Shown here: positions 50,912 to 64,000 of the stretch, one piece after another
Position numbering within the stretch: the first letter of the stretch is position 1
Layout: the number at the start of each line of letters is the position of its first letter
From: Octopus bimaculoides
Lineage: Eukaryota
DNA length: 64,000 nt
Assembly: GCF_001194135.2 (NCBI RefSeq)
Contig: NC_068988.1
Span: forward strand, 64,292,990-64,356,989
Reading direction: 5' to 3'
Made by a program: the position numbers and the translations under genes
Notes under the pieces: generated by a model
What the model saw: only the letters and a program-made list of their open reading frames with translations
What the model was told of the DNA's origin: nothing
The model's database searches: none

Positions 50912-51661
50912 CTGGTAGATAGATAAATAAATAAAAAAATAGACTAGTGGATAGATAGATAACTAAATAGACTGGTAGATAGATAGATAAATAGACAGGT
51001 AGTCAGATAGATAGACAGGTAGATCGCGTGCGCCTGTCCGTGCGTGAGCTTATTTTGACTTTTCTCGCTCATTCTTTCTTTCTTTCTTTCTTTCTTTCCT
51101 TCGTTCTCTCTCTCTCTCTCGCTCTCTCTCTCGCTCTCTTTCTCTCTNNNNNNNNNNNNNNNNNNNNNNNNNNNNNNNNNNNNNNNNNNNNNNNNNNNNN
51201 NNNNNNNNNNNNNNNNNNNNNNNNNNNNNNNNNNNNNNNNNNNNNNNNNNNNNNNNNNNNNNNNNNNNNNNNNNNNNNNNNNNNNNNNNNNNNNNNNNNN
51301 NNNNNNNNNNNNNNNNNNNNNNNNNNNNNNNNNNNNNNNNNNNNNNNNNNNNNNNNNNNNNNNNNNNNNNNNNNNNNNNNNNNNNNNNNNNNNNNNNNNN
51401 NNNNNNNNNNNNNNNNNNNNNNNNNNNNNNNNNNNNNNNNNNNNNNNNNNNNNNNNNNNNNNNNNNNNNNNNNNNNNNNNNNNNNNNNNNNNNNNNNNNN
51501 NNNNNNNNNNNNNNNNNNNNNNNNNNNNNNNNNNNNNNNNNNNNNNNNNNNNNNNNNNNNNNNNNNNNNNNNNNNNNNNNNNNNNNNNNNNNNNNNNNNN
51601 NNNNNNNNNNNNNNNNNNNNNNNNNNNNNNNNNNNNNNNNNNNNNNNNNNNNNNNNNNNNN

Positions 51662-51693
<32 letters not shown>

Positions 51694-52277
51694 TGGCGTG
51701 TAAGTGTGTGTTTGTATGTATATTTGAATATGTGTATGTGCATATATGTATGTACATAATTCGTATGCACGTAAGTATTCTTGTGTATGTATGCGTGTGT
51801 ATATATTAATATATGTATCATGCAAACGATCCTTTTCTGAATATATGTGTGTATACACTTGTGTATATAACGACAGTGTTTGCATGGAGATAACTAGATA
51901 ATTTGTATTTTCGTAGTTAGACTTGTGTGTATGAGGAGTGTCGTGTAACCCACACACACATGCATGAATGCACACATATATATATATATACGCTCCTATA
52001 CACACGCAGACACATGCAAACACATTCGTTTTGCACACATTCACACACACACACACACACGCATATACACACACACATGTGGAATGGCTTCTTTGGTACC
52101 AATTTGCCCCATTTAAGAATATATTCACAGAAAGAATTCTTCAAAATTCAACAATGTGAACATACAGATATATAGCTAAGTATATGCGTACCTGTATGTG
52201 CGGTGTACATGAGCATTTATGTATATGCAAATGTATATATATACCGTATATATGTGTGTGTTTGTGTGTGTATTCAC

Positions 52278-52317
<40 letters not shown>

Positions 52318-52319
<2 letters not shown>

Positions 52320-52492
52320 CAAAGAATATATATACATGTATACACACATATATGTACATACTTACATCTACATGTGTATATACATGCATATCAGGGTACA
52401 GGACGTTAGAACAATAAACTACAGACAACGGAACGAACACATAGGAAAACGGAAAGCCCCTTGGAATATCCCTTCATCAGCTGTCTCTATTC
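52318..52492 (-). repeat. Dispersed repeat family F, copy 3
   Basis: Reverse complement of 33195-33372. Confidence 0.8.
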
Positions 52493-52595
52493 ATATATAT
52501 ATATATATATATATATAGTATAACATAATACATTTCCGTGAAAATATCAATAAAAGTTATACACACATGTACGTGTGCCGTTTTGTATATAATGT

Positions 52596-52655
<60 letters not shown>

Positions 52656-52760
52656 GTATGTATATGCATCTGTATATGCACGCGTATGAGTTTGTACGCA
52701 TGCATATATGTCTGTATATATAAATCCGTATATATATACACACACTTGTATATGTGTGTG

Positions 52761-52802
<42 letters not shown>

Positions 52803-52870
52803 CACACATATACATGTAGGAATATATGTAGATATGCACACACACACTTGTATACAAGCATATAGATGGC

Positions 52871-52929
<59 letters not shown>

Positions 52930-53072
52930 ACTCGCTCACACACGGACACGCTCACATACACACAAACACACTTATACGCTCATTCACAAACATACAACAT
53001 ACTGGCGTGCGCGCGATGTTCCTCTTTTATACGTAACCATGTAATTCTTACCTTTTGTATTCCATTCCTAGA

Positions 53073-53109
<37 letters not shown>

Positions 53110-53805
53110 GATACACACACACGCGGCTCTATGTATGTCGATGTGAGTACGTTTTTATGTGTGAGAGAGAATGAGAGAAAAAGAGAGAATGAGAGAAAAA
53201 GAGAGAATGAGAGAAAAGGAGAGAATGAGAGAGGAAGGGAGAAAGAGAGAGAGAGAGAAACTACTTGTGTGTGTGCGCGCACGCTTATGTGTGTGTGTGA
53301 GTGTGTGCGTGTGAAAATTTCGGATTTCTTGGCATGTGTAAACGGGTGCGACTTAAATGCTTCAAACACTCCTCATCCCTGACCCCCCAGTTTCCCCCAC
53401 CGTCGGAGTTACATTCCCCCCACCCTACCTCTTCGAGCCCCATTCCCAACTCTCCGTCCCTCCCCCTCTGTTTCTCTCTCTCCTCCTCTCTCTCTCTCAT
53501 TCTATCCACCGAGATTCCTCAGCCAGCATCACCCATTCCAAAATACCCTCAGTGTAGTTACTTCACACATGAGCACACCCGCCCACCCGATCCACTTTCA
53601 CCCTCCGCTGCCAATCCATCGCGTTTGGGTATTTCCTCGTATGCCATATGATTAATGCCAATGTTCGTGCGTGTTGATGTTGTTGTTGTTGTTGTCTTGT
53701 TCGGCTTGTTGTTGTCGCCTGTTGTTGTTGCTGTTGTTGTACCTCTTCTTTTTCTTCTACCTCTTGTTTTGTTGTTGTACTTCTACTTCTTCCTCTTGTT
53801 TGTTG

Positions 53806-53807
<2 letters not shown>

Positions 53808-53837
<30 letters not shown>

Positions 53838-53925
53838 CTTCTGCTTCTTCTTCTTCTTCTTCTTCTTCTTCTTCTTCTTCTTCTTCTTCTTCTTCTTCTT
53901 CTTCTTCTTCTTCGTCTTCTTCTTC
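53808..53925. repeat. (CTT)n trinucleotide microsatellite
   Basis: About 39 CTT units with two single-base interruptions. Confidence 0.95.
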
Positions 53926-54251
53926 CCCTTGTTTTTATCGTTGTTGTTCTTATTCTTTCTCTTCCTCTTGTTGCTCTTTTCCTTCTTCCTCTTCCTCTTT
54001 CCTTTTTTCTTCTTCTATCTTTTGTTGTTTTTGTTGGTTGTTGTTGGATGTTGTACAAGCTGTTTATTTTGGCTGTTATGCGTTGCGTGTTCTTCTGTTT
54101 CGTAATCTCTATGTTTATGTATGTCTGTATGGTTCATGTACATCACCATATGTGTATAACAGTGTATGCACATATGAGTGTATATGTAGGTGCTTGTGTA
54201 TGTGCATGTATGTATGTGCAATTTTACATACATAGTTATACACACACACAT

Positions 54252-54308
<57 letters not shown>

Positions 54309-54711
54309 TGTGCCTCTGTCTATATATATCTATATTAATGCTTGTGTGTATATATATTATACAAAATATATATGTATTATACAATACATTATACAATATT
54401 ATATTATATATATATATTATAATATTATATACTATATAATATATTATTCAATATATATATATACGCACATACATACACACAACACGTGCGTTCTAAATAT
54501 ATATATCTATACAGATATTAATTTTTTGCTAGTAACTTCGAAGTGTCGACGTGTGTATCGTTTATTCAAGCATTAGATACATACTCGCAGAGACAGATCG
54601 AAGTTGATTACAAAATGTAGTAAATTCTACACTCGACACATGGATCGAATCCAGCGGCCAGACAAGAACCGTCGTCATTATGTGAAGACACTTCTTTGGG
54701 ATTGCATGTGT

Positions 54712-54798
<87 letters not shown>

Positions 54799-54914
54799 TA
54801 AATTATGAAATTCATTTCTTCTTCCGAACTGTCGTCGAATCTAGTACATTATCTTCAACCGCAGATAGATAGATAGATATACACGCACATTTATATTTAG
54901 GTCTGTGCAACTTT

Positions 54915-54960
54915 TAGCTTTTACTCGTTTCAGTCATTAGACTACGACCAAGCTGGAGCA
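54915..54960 (-). mobile_element. 3' tail fragment of SINE family A
   Basis: CTTTTACTCGTTTCAGTCATTAGACTACGACCAAGCTGGAGCA is the reverse complement of the family A tail. Confidence 0.7.
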
Positions 54961-55108
54961 ACTTACATACATCTATATCTGTGCGTGTGCGCGTATGCAT
55001 GTGTGTGCGTGTGTGTATGCATATGTTTGTGTAGGTGTATGCGTGTGTGTGTTTGTGCGTGTGTATCTGTATTTCTGAAGTAACTTTACCGTCAAAAGTA
55101 GATTTTTT

Positions 55109-55136
55109 GACATTTCGGAGAAGCTCCTTCTTCATG
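55109..55136 (-). ncRNA. Degenerate hammerhead-like motif
   Basis: Minus strand C(A)TGAAGA A GGAG CTT CTCC GAAA TG T C: perfect 4-bp helix II; ATGT may be a decayed ACGT palindrome; no helix I. Confidence 0.35.
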
Positions 55137-55146
55137 TAGTGAGAAA

Positions 55147-55187
<41 letters not shown>

Positions 55188-56275
55188 NNNNNNNNNNNNN
55201 NNNNNNNNNNNNNNNNNNNNNNNNNNNNNNNNNNNNNNNNNNNNNNNNNNNNNNNNNNNNNNNNNNNNNNNNNNNNNNNNNNNNNNNNNNNNNNNNNNNN
55301 NNNNNNNNNNNNNNNNNNNNNNNNNNNNNNNNNNNNNNNNNNNNNNNNNNNNNNNNNNNNNNNNNNNNNNNNNNNNNNNNNNNNNNNNNNNNNNNNNNNN
55401 NNNNNNNNNNNNNNNNNNNNNNNNNNNNNNNNNNNNNNNNNNNNNNNNNNNNNNNNNNNNNNNNNNNNNNNNNNNNNNNNNNNNNNNNNNNNNNNNNNNN
55501 NNNNNNNNNNNNNNNNNNNNNNNNNNNNNNNNNNNNNNNNNNNNNNNNNNNNNNNNNNNNNNNNNNNNNNNNNNNNNNNNNNNNNNNNNNNNNNNNNNNN
55601 NNNNNNNNNNNNNNNNNNNNNNNNNNNNNNNNNNNNNNNNNNNNNNNNNNNNNNNNNNNNNNNNNNNNNNNNNNNNNNNNNNNNNNNNNNNNNNNNNNNN
55701 NNNNNNNNNNNNNNNNNNNNNNNNNNNNNNNNNNNNNNNNNNNNNNNNNNNNNNNNNNNNNNNNNNNNNNNNNNNNNNNNNNNNNNNNNNNNNNNNNNNN
55801 NNNNNNNNNNNNNNNNNNNNNNNNNNNNNNNNNNNNNNNNNNNNNNNNNNNNNNNNNNNNNNNNNNNNNNNNNNNNNNNNNNNNNNNNNNNNNNNNNNNN
55901 NNNNNNNNNNNNNNNNNNNNNNNNNNNNNNNNNNNNNNNNNNNNNNNNNNNNNNNNNNNNNNNNNNNNNNNNNNNNNNNNNNNNNNNNNNNNNNNNNNNN
56001 NNNNNNNNNNNNNNNNNNNNNNNNNNNNNNNNNNNNNNNNNNNNNNNNNNNNNNNNNNNNNNNNNNNNNNNNNNNNNNNNNNNNNNNNNNNNNNNNNNNN
56101 NNNNNNNNNNNNNNNNNNNNNNNNNNNNNNNNNNNNNNNNNNATATTTCAAGGAGTTCCTGCCTTAAAAACAGGAGCTAACCACAGTTATTTTGCGTTCT
56201 TTGCTACATTGGTTTCTATTAAACCATTTATTCTATCAGAAGAATTTTTATTCATTAAGATAGAAGAAATACACA

Positions 56276-56313
<38 letters not shown>

Positions 56314-56616
56314 TATTCACATATTTAGATATGTATACACACACATATGCATGTGTGTGTGTGTATATATATAGAGAGACTATACGTACACATATTTATA
56401 TGGAGAAATATCAACAGTTTTGGAAAAGAAAGCTAAGGACATGTAGACAAGCAACAAGCGATGGCAGTGTTTATAGGTCTTGTCATTTATTACTCTTTCT
56501 AAAATATATCAGTATATGTAAGTGTGTATGTAAATGTGTATGTGTATGTATATATGCATATATATATGTGTGTGTGTATGCGTGTGCATGCGTGTATGTT
56601 TGTATTGTACGTATAG

Positions 56617-56670
<54 letters not shown>

Positions 56671-57468
56671 NNNNNNNNNNNNNNNNNNNNNNNNNNNNNN
56701 NNNNNNNNNNNNNNNNNNNNNNNNNNNNNNNNNNNNNNNNNNNNNNNNNNNNNNNNNNNNNNNNNNNNNNNNNNNNNNNNNNNNNNNNNNNNNNNNNNNN
56801 NNNNNNNNNNNNNNNNNNNNNNNNNNNNNNNNNNNNNNNNNNNNNNNNNNNNNNNNNNNNNNNNNNNNNNNNNNNNNNNNNNNNNNNNNNNNNNNNNNNN
56901 NNNNNNNNNNNNNNNNNNNNNNNNNNNNNNNNNNNNNNNNNNNNNNNNNNNNNNNNNNNNNNNNNNNNNNNNNNNNNNNNNNNNNNNNNNNNNNNNNNNN
57001 NNNNNNNNNNNNNNNNNNNNNNNNNNNNNNNNNNNNNNNNNNNNNNNNNNNNNNNNNNNNNNNNNNNNNNNNNNNNNNNNNNNNNNNNNNNNNNNNNNNN
57101 NNNNNNNNNNNNNNNNNNNNNNNNNNNNNNNNNNNNNNNNNNNNNNNNNNNNNNNNNNNNNNNNNNNNNNNNNNNNNNNNNNNNNNNNNNNNNNNNNNNN
57201 NNNNNNNNNNNNNNNNNNNNNNNNNNNNNNNNNNNNNNNNNNNNNNNNNNNNNNNNNNNNNNNNNNNNNNNNNNNNNNNNNNNNNNNNNNNNNNNNNNNN
57301 NNNNNNNNNNNNNNNNNNNNNNNNNNNNNNNNNNNNNNNNNNNNNNNNNNNNNNNNNNNNNNNNNNNNNNNNNNNNNNNNNNNNNNNNNNNNNNNNNNNN
57401 NNNNNNNNNNNNNNNNNNNNNNNNNNNNNNNNNNNNNNNNNNNNNNNNNNNNNNNNNNNNNNNNNNNN

Positions 57469-57497
57469 TAGACAGAAACGGAAAGAAGCCTGTCGTG

Positions 57498-57562
<65 letters not shown>

Positions 57563-57780
57563 TCGTGAGTTTGTCCTCCTCACCGCATGACAGCCGGTGT
57601 TGGTGCGTTCACGTCCCCGTAATCTAGCGGTTCGGCCAAAGACAACGATAGAATAAGTACGAGGCTTTAAAAAAATTCGTACTGGGGCCCTTCGGCTAAA
57701 ATCCGTTAAGGCATTGCACCAGCATGGCCGCAGTCTAAACGAGTTAAAACAAGTGAAAGATAACAGATAAGAGATAAAAG
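57469..57780 (+). mobile_element. SINE family A (5' part in the gap)
   Basis: GGAAAGAAGCCTGTCG-(TA)(TG)n-...TCACGTCCCCGTAA.CTAGCGGTTCGGC...AGCATGGCCGCAGTC. Confidence 0.8.
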
Positions 57781-58213
57781 ACAGAACTAGTGACATATCT
57801 CAAATAATATGCCCAGAAGTCTAGCTAAATGGTTACCATAGCAACAGTTTGTATAAACAATAAGATAACAGTTGTAAAATCAACAAGGAACCAGGAGACT
57901 TCGTGGCAGAAATCTGTGTTGCGTTCTCGGCTTATCGTTGAAACATGTTCTCAAGTGTAGAACGTGTGTATTCACAGTGATAAACATAATTTGTGTGTGT
58001 GTGTGTGTGTGTTACGGTGTATATGTCTGTGTATATGTCCGTATGTGCAAGTGCATGCTTGCGTATGTGTGCATGCATGTATGATGTATGTGTGTGAGTG
58101 CGTGTATGTTTATATATATATGTGTATGTTTATGTGTGTAATATATATATATGGGGGGCGGCTCTGTATATGTGTGTATGCCTATTTGTGTGTATATATA
58201 CATATAGTTATGG

Positions 58214-58257
<44 letters not shown>

Positions 58258-59337
58258 NNNNNNNNNNNNNNNNNNNNNNNNNNNNNNNNNNNNNNNNNNN
58301 NNNNNNNNNNNNNNNNNNNNNNNNNNNNNNNNNNNNNNNNNNNNNNNNNNNNNNNNNNNNNNNNNNNNNNNNNNNNNNNNNNNNNNNNNNNNNNNNNNNN
58401 NNNNNNNNNNNNNNNNNNNNNNNNNNNNNNNNNNNNNNNNNNNNNNNNNNNNNNNNNNNNNNNNNNNNNNNNNNNNNNNNNNNNNNNNNNNNNNNNNNNN
58501 NNNNNNNNNNNNNNNNNNNNNNNNNNNNNNNNNNNNNNNNNNNNNNNNNNNNNNNNNNNNNNNNNNNNNNNNNNNNNNNNNNNNNNNNNNNNNNNNNNNN
58601 NNNNNNNNNNNNNNNNNNNNNNNNNNNNNNNNNNNNNNNNNNNNNNNNNNNNNNNNNNNNNNNNNNNNNNNNNNNNNNNNNNNNNNNNNNNNNNNNNNNN
58701 NNNNNNNNNNNNNNNNNNNNNNNNNNNNNNNNNNNNNNNNNNNNNNNNNNNNNNNNNNNNNNNNNNNNNNNNNNNNNNNNNNNNNNNNNNNNNNNNNNNN
58801 NNNNNNNNNNNNNNNNNNNNNNNNNNNNNNNNNNNNNNNNNNNNNNNNNNNNNNNNNNNNNNNNNNNNNNNNNNNNNNNNNNNNNNNNNNNNNNNNNNNN
58901 NNNNNNNNNNNNNNNNNNNNNNNNNNNNNNNNNNNNNNNNNNNNNNNNNNNNNNNNNNNNNNNNNNNNNNNNNNNNNNNNNNNNNNNNNNNNNNNNNNNN
59001 NNNNNNNNNNNNNNNNNNGTGTATGCTTATGTATGTATGACTGTGTATATGAATAAGTGGATATGTAATTATAGTGCGTACATCTACGTATGTGTGTATG
59101 TTTATTTATGTGTGTATGACTGTTTATAGGAATGTAAGTGGACATGTATATATGTGTATGTATGTACGCCTCTATATATGGGTGTAGATAGGGATATGTA
59201 TACGTATGTAAGCGTGTATGTATATGAAGAGGTATGTTCGTGTATATATGTGTGTATAGCTATATTATTTTGTATGTTGATGTATCTCTACATGTATGCA
59301 TATATATGTGTGTATATAGTGAAGGTTCGTACGTACG

Positions 59338-59371
<34 letters not shown>

Positions 59372-59435
59372 TGTATGTATGTATGTATGTATGTATAGCT
59401 CTATGCATTTATGTATGTAAGTGTATGTAAAGATG

Positions 59436-59476
<41 letters not shown>

Positions 59477-60702
59477 GCGATAATAATAACACGAATGCTT
59501 GTAACTGGCAAATTATGTAAACTGGGCATTATACATATGTAGGTAAGTAGGTAGGTAGGTAGGTAGGTAGGTAGGTGAACACATATGTGCGAGTGTGTGC
59601 TTTGGTGATGACGACGATGATGATGATGATGATGATGATGATGATACCGGTAGCGCTGGTGATTCTGGTGGTATTAAGACAGCCAGAGCTTGTGAACGAA
59701 GTCTAAATTTCAGACATCCGTGATTACATTTCCGAATGTGCTCTTCATTTTCTATGACGGTTAATTTGCGATGCGAGGAAATACATCAGCTACTATTTCT
59801 AGCAAGTTGGATAAAACTTCTGAAAACGACTCTTCGTTGACTCGTCATCACAGATAGATAAGCAGACAGACAGATAAAAACACAATACAATTCACCTCTA
59901 TCTGCAATAAATGATTCTTCTCAAAACAATTAAATTTCTCTTTTTCATTCCCTGTTAAGCATATTCCACGATCTGAATTATTTGTCGTGCTTTTAGCCGA
60001 CGCTAAGCTTCACTATTTCCTTCAGATTCTCCTACTTAAATTGTTGAAGATAACAGATTGTCTGAAAGCTGGGTATCAATGTTTCCGTGTGTGTGACTGT
60101 GCATGTATGTGCGTGAATGCGTTTGCGTGTGTGTGTGTGTGTGTGTGTGTTATCGTTGTTGTAGTTGTTGCTGTAACTGCTACAGCTGTTGCTAAGTACT
60201 AACACAGTAGACAGCCATGACTAATCAACAACGTCTCAGTATGGCCCACTATGTCCGATGTTGGTCTTACTTTTAAAAACAAACCAATATTATATTTAAG
60301 TTTATATTTATTCAATGTTTTCTTATGCTGGTAGACTGTGATTTGAAGGGGAATTGGTTCCGATATCTAGCAGGTCGAAACAACGCGTAGATTCATTTCT
60401 CGGTCGGTTCCTCTCATGTGTAAATGTTGATGTTGTTACTGCAGTTGTTGTTAATGTTGTTTAGCCCTAGGTCAACTGTGATCGATTAGGTCAGATCCAG
60501 AGTTAAACTGGTCTTCATAAACACACACACACACACATGCGTTTGTATGCATGTATATATATATATATATGTTTTGCAAGATTTTTTATGTGAAATCGTG
60601 TGTTGAAACAGATGTTGTTGTACTTGGGGATGGTCATGTTGCCAGTTTAGCCAATAAAAACACACGCACTGTATATTTGGTGTTAATTTTTTTTTTTTTT
60701 CA

Positions 60703-60782
60703 GCTTTATATTACATTAATCTTAATCTTAATCTTATTTCGGTCGAAATAAGATTAAGATTAAGATTAATGTAATATAAAGC
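60703..60782. repeat. Perfect 39-bp inverted repeat with 2-nt loop, abutting a gap
   Basis: GCTTTATATTACATTAATCTTAATCTTAATCTTATTTCG-GT-CGAAATAAGATTAAGATTAAGATTAATGTAATATAAAGC. Confidence 0.95.
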
Positions 60783-60922
60783 NNNNNNNNNNNNNNNNNN
60801 NNNNNNNNNNNNNNNNNNNNNNNNNNNNNNNNNNNNNNNNNNNNNNNNNNNNNNNNNNNNNNNNNNNNNNNNNNNNNNNNNNNNNTATATATATATATAT
60901 ATATATTGTTAACGCCATAAGA

Positions 60923-60976
60923 ACTTAGAAACTTCGAGAGAACGTGAAATAACACAAAATTCTCGCTCGTCAGAAT
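60923..60976 (-). ncRNA. Degenerate hammerhead-like motif
   Basis: Minus strand ATT CTGACGA GCGAGAA [17 nt] TTCTCTC GAAG TTTC T A AGT: helix II 6/7 paired, GAAA changed to GAAG, helix III not palindromic. Confidence 0.3.
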
Positions 60977-61644
60977 AAAATTTCTAAAATGGATTCAAAA
61001 CTCGAACTACTGCTCTGGTCCAATGGCAGAGCGTCTGTCATATTTACAGAAGTCCCACAGGCAAACGTCCAAATTTTTTTTTCCAAAGGGTTTTTAATCC
61101 AATAGCTTTATCTACTTCGTGTTCATCCCTTCAAAATGAATTATATATAGCATATGTATATAAATATATATTGCTATTTATGTTTTTAGGTATGGTTATA
61201 TATATAAAATCAGTCAAATATTGATTCAAAGATTACACAATACATTTAAATGGAGAATCACGTTCATATTATTTTAGCAAGGAAAATGGTGACAGTGACT
61301 TTGAAATTTCGGCTCTTTTGCCTTCTCCAGACTAACGAAATCAACTTCGAAATCATTGGCAACCTTTTCCTTGTCAAAATTATAAGAAAGGAACTTTTAT
61401 AAGAGAACCCTTTTGATCAACATTCCTTGCCTTGTGTTAAAGCACCATGAAAGTCAGATAGTTACACTTGAAAATTAAATATCATCAATAGTTACTCTTT
61501 ATATTTAAATATTTTCTTGCATATAATTCTATTTGTCCTTGCGGCAAATAAAATAAAAGTCAATCTGCAACGTAGTCTATATGTGTATAATTTTCTGCTC
61601 GACATGAGGTTCGTGTGTTCGCCTGTTACGCTCTAAATAGTATT

Positions 61645-62030
61645 AACGATGGGAGGAAATCGTAGTCACAATCGAAATTTTGAATGGGGAAGTGTACACC
61701 AGTGTTGTGCATAAAACAAACTTAACTAAACTATGGAAGGAAATCGAGAGTATAATCGAAATTTGTAACATAATGAAATCTGTTCGAGTGCTGGCTTTTA
61801 CTATAGAAATAAATCGCGCTCATAATATATTTTGTATAATGATGAAATGTAATCGAGTGATATGCCTTTGAAAGTTTTAAAACTATGGAACGAAATCGAA
61901 GACATAATCAAAACATTTGTAATCTTTAACATAATGAAGCAAGTTACAACGTTACACTTTTAAACAGCCTTAAAACTATGGTGAGAAATCGGAGACAGAA
62001 TCACAGCATCTTTCACGTAATGAAACAATA
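61645..62030. repeat. Old degenerate tandem repeat (~75-95 bp period)
   Basis: AAACTATGG..GAAATCG.AGA.A.AATC...TAACATAATGAA recurs near 61727, 61880 and 61972, with weaker units near 61650 and 61800. Confidence 0.65.
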
Positions 62031-62139
62031 TGAAGATCTGGAAACGGAAATATGGATATTTATAAAAAGTGGGATCTCAACGAATCCTTTTTGTTTTATT
62101 ATTTGAATATTAAGAAACAGCGAGTTGACAGAATCATTA

Positions 62140-62335
62140 ACACGCCTGACAAAATGCTCAACGGTATTTCGTTCGTTTTTTACATTTTGAGTTTAAATCC
62201 TGCCGAAGCCCACTTTGCTATTCATTCTTTCGGAGGTCGATAAAATAGGTACCAGTCGAACAACTAGGTCGAGTAAATCGACTAGCCCTCTCCCCACAAA
62301 ATTTCAGGCCTTGTGCCCTTAGTAGAAAGGGTTAT
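62140..62335 (+). mobile_element. SINE family B
   Basis: TTGAGTTTAAATCCTGCCGAAG.C.ACTTTGC..TTCATTCTTTCGGAGGTCGATAAAATAGGTACCAG...TTTCAGGCCTTGTGCCCTTAGTAGAAAG. Confidence 0.75.
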
Positions 62336-62429
62336 TAGATTATCTAAAGGCGGTTAACTGGAAGAACCGTGTGTGTGTGTGTGTGCGCGCGCGTGCATGT
62401 GTGTGTGTGTGTGCGCGTGCATGTGTGTG

Positions 62430-62640
62430 TGTGATCGTGTCTGATGGTGTCTCACCACCGCTTGACAAACGATGTTGGCGTGGTTATGTCTCGGTAACAT
62501 TAACGGTTCGACAATACGAAACCGATAGAATAGGTACCAGGCTACAAAAAAAATAAATACTGCGCGGTCGATTCTCTCGACTAAAATTCTTCAAGGCGGT
62601 GCCACAGCATGGCCGCAGTCTAATGACTGAAACAAGTAAA
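62430..62640 (+). mobile_element. 3' half of SINE family A
   Basis: CACCGCTTGACAAACGATGTTGG...AGCATGGCCGCAGTCTAATGACTGAAACAAGTAAA. Confidence 0.8.
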
Positions 62641-63838
62641 CGATTAAATATGAAGGAGATTTAGCTGCTATTTCTGAAATTCCGAGCAATCGCGTTGGTT
62701 CACTTTAGCTGCGTCACGACGGCTACGACGACGAGGCTGATGCTCAGAGACTATTATTTCTATGACACATCCAGAACGGTGAGATGCCAAGTTCTTTCCT
62801 TTTATTTCTAGTCTCTTCGTAATTCCAGGAACCATTGTCTGTGAAATTATTGTCTCTACATAATTTCACACGTACATTAAAGGCATGCACACACCAGCGC
62901 GCACAGACACACACTTTCAGACATATAAGTGTTTATATACATACGAGCGTGTATATATATATTTGTGTGTGTATATATCTGTGTGTGTATATATATATAT
63001 ATATATCTGTGTGTGTATATATATATATCTGTGTATGTGTATATATATATATACCTATGCGTGTGTATATATATCTGTATGTGTATATATATATATCTGT
63101 GTGTATTTATATATCTGTATGTGTATATATATTTGTGTATATATGTGTGTGTATATATGTGTGTGGATGTGGATGTATGTATATACATATGTATATAGGT
63201 ATGTATGTATGTATGTATTATTGTTATTATTCAAACCGGCTGACCTTACTGAGTGACTCAACGGCTGAGAGTTTCGTTTCGTGAAAAACATACATACTTA
63301 TGTCTGAGTTCTATTTTTCACCAAACACACACACTCACACTCACACATATATATACACACACACATACAGATACATATATATACATATATATATATATAC
63401 ACATACACACATATAGATATAGATGTATACATACATATACACAAACACACGTATATATATATGCATATATGTGTATATGTGTGTGTGCAGGCGAGCAACG
63501 TCACACGTGCTCACTCACGTACATACAGGTGCACACGCGTACACCTATGACTATGCACATGAAATACTTCCTTTTATAGCAGAAAATATGCGTGTTTCTA
63601 GCTGCGTATATGAGACACTTGTGTCTATGTGGGTTGTATATGCATGCGTTTAGCATTGCGTGTATATGTGTGCGTGTCTATTTGTGTGTGTGTGTGTGTG
63701 TGTGTGTATGGATGAGTTTATCACAAGGTGTGGTATGTATGTATTCATGTGTGCATGGAAATATGTGTAGATGTGTTTATGAATGTATGTGTCCATGTAT
63801 ACATGTGTACATGCGTACGTGTATATGTATGTGCATAT

Positions 63839-63889
<51 letters not shown>

Positions 63890-64000
63890 GGGGAATGTGT
63901 GTATGTAACACCGTCTGGAATTCTGCCATACTTAAAGAAATATACAGACGCATACACTTACAAATATAAATATACGCACACACACACACACAGAGGGAGA

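Noticed and set aside
53655-54338. Long poly-Leu / poly-Phe / poly-Arg ORFs suggesting a membrane or basic protein
   Set aside because: They are the (CTT)n and (GTT)n microsatellites read in different frames.

Overview
AT-rich, microsatellite-saturated, gap-riddled eukaryotic draft sequence. The repeat families look like Octopus/cephalopod genomic DNA (inference). There is one host coding exon: the first coding exon of a CELF3-6/Bruno-like RNA-binding protein gene (42936-43221, +; N-terminal half of RRM1, phase-1 GT donor). The remaining ~21 kb is its first intron, and no second exon was found. The ~43 kb upstream holds decayed mobile elements: at least four tRNA-headed SINE families, a CR1/L2-type LINE (endonuclease part at 21.5-22.8 kb, C-terminal end at 93-461), two Tc1/mariner transposase remnants, two Helitron-like 3' ends and several minisatellites. 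The main unexpected signal is about eleven short motifs from several unrelated repeat families that fit the minimal type I hammerhead ribozyme (CUGANGA - helix II - GAAA - palindromic helix III - UH), as known from Penelope-like elements and retrozymes. Four keep an intact catalytic core (3214, 5637, 28461, 31631). Nearly all ORF-track entries are microsatellite or N-gap artefacts.
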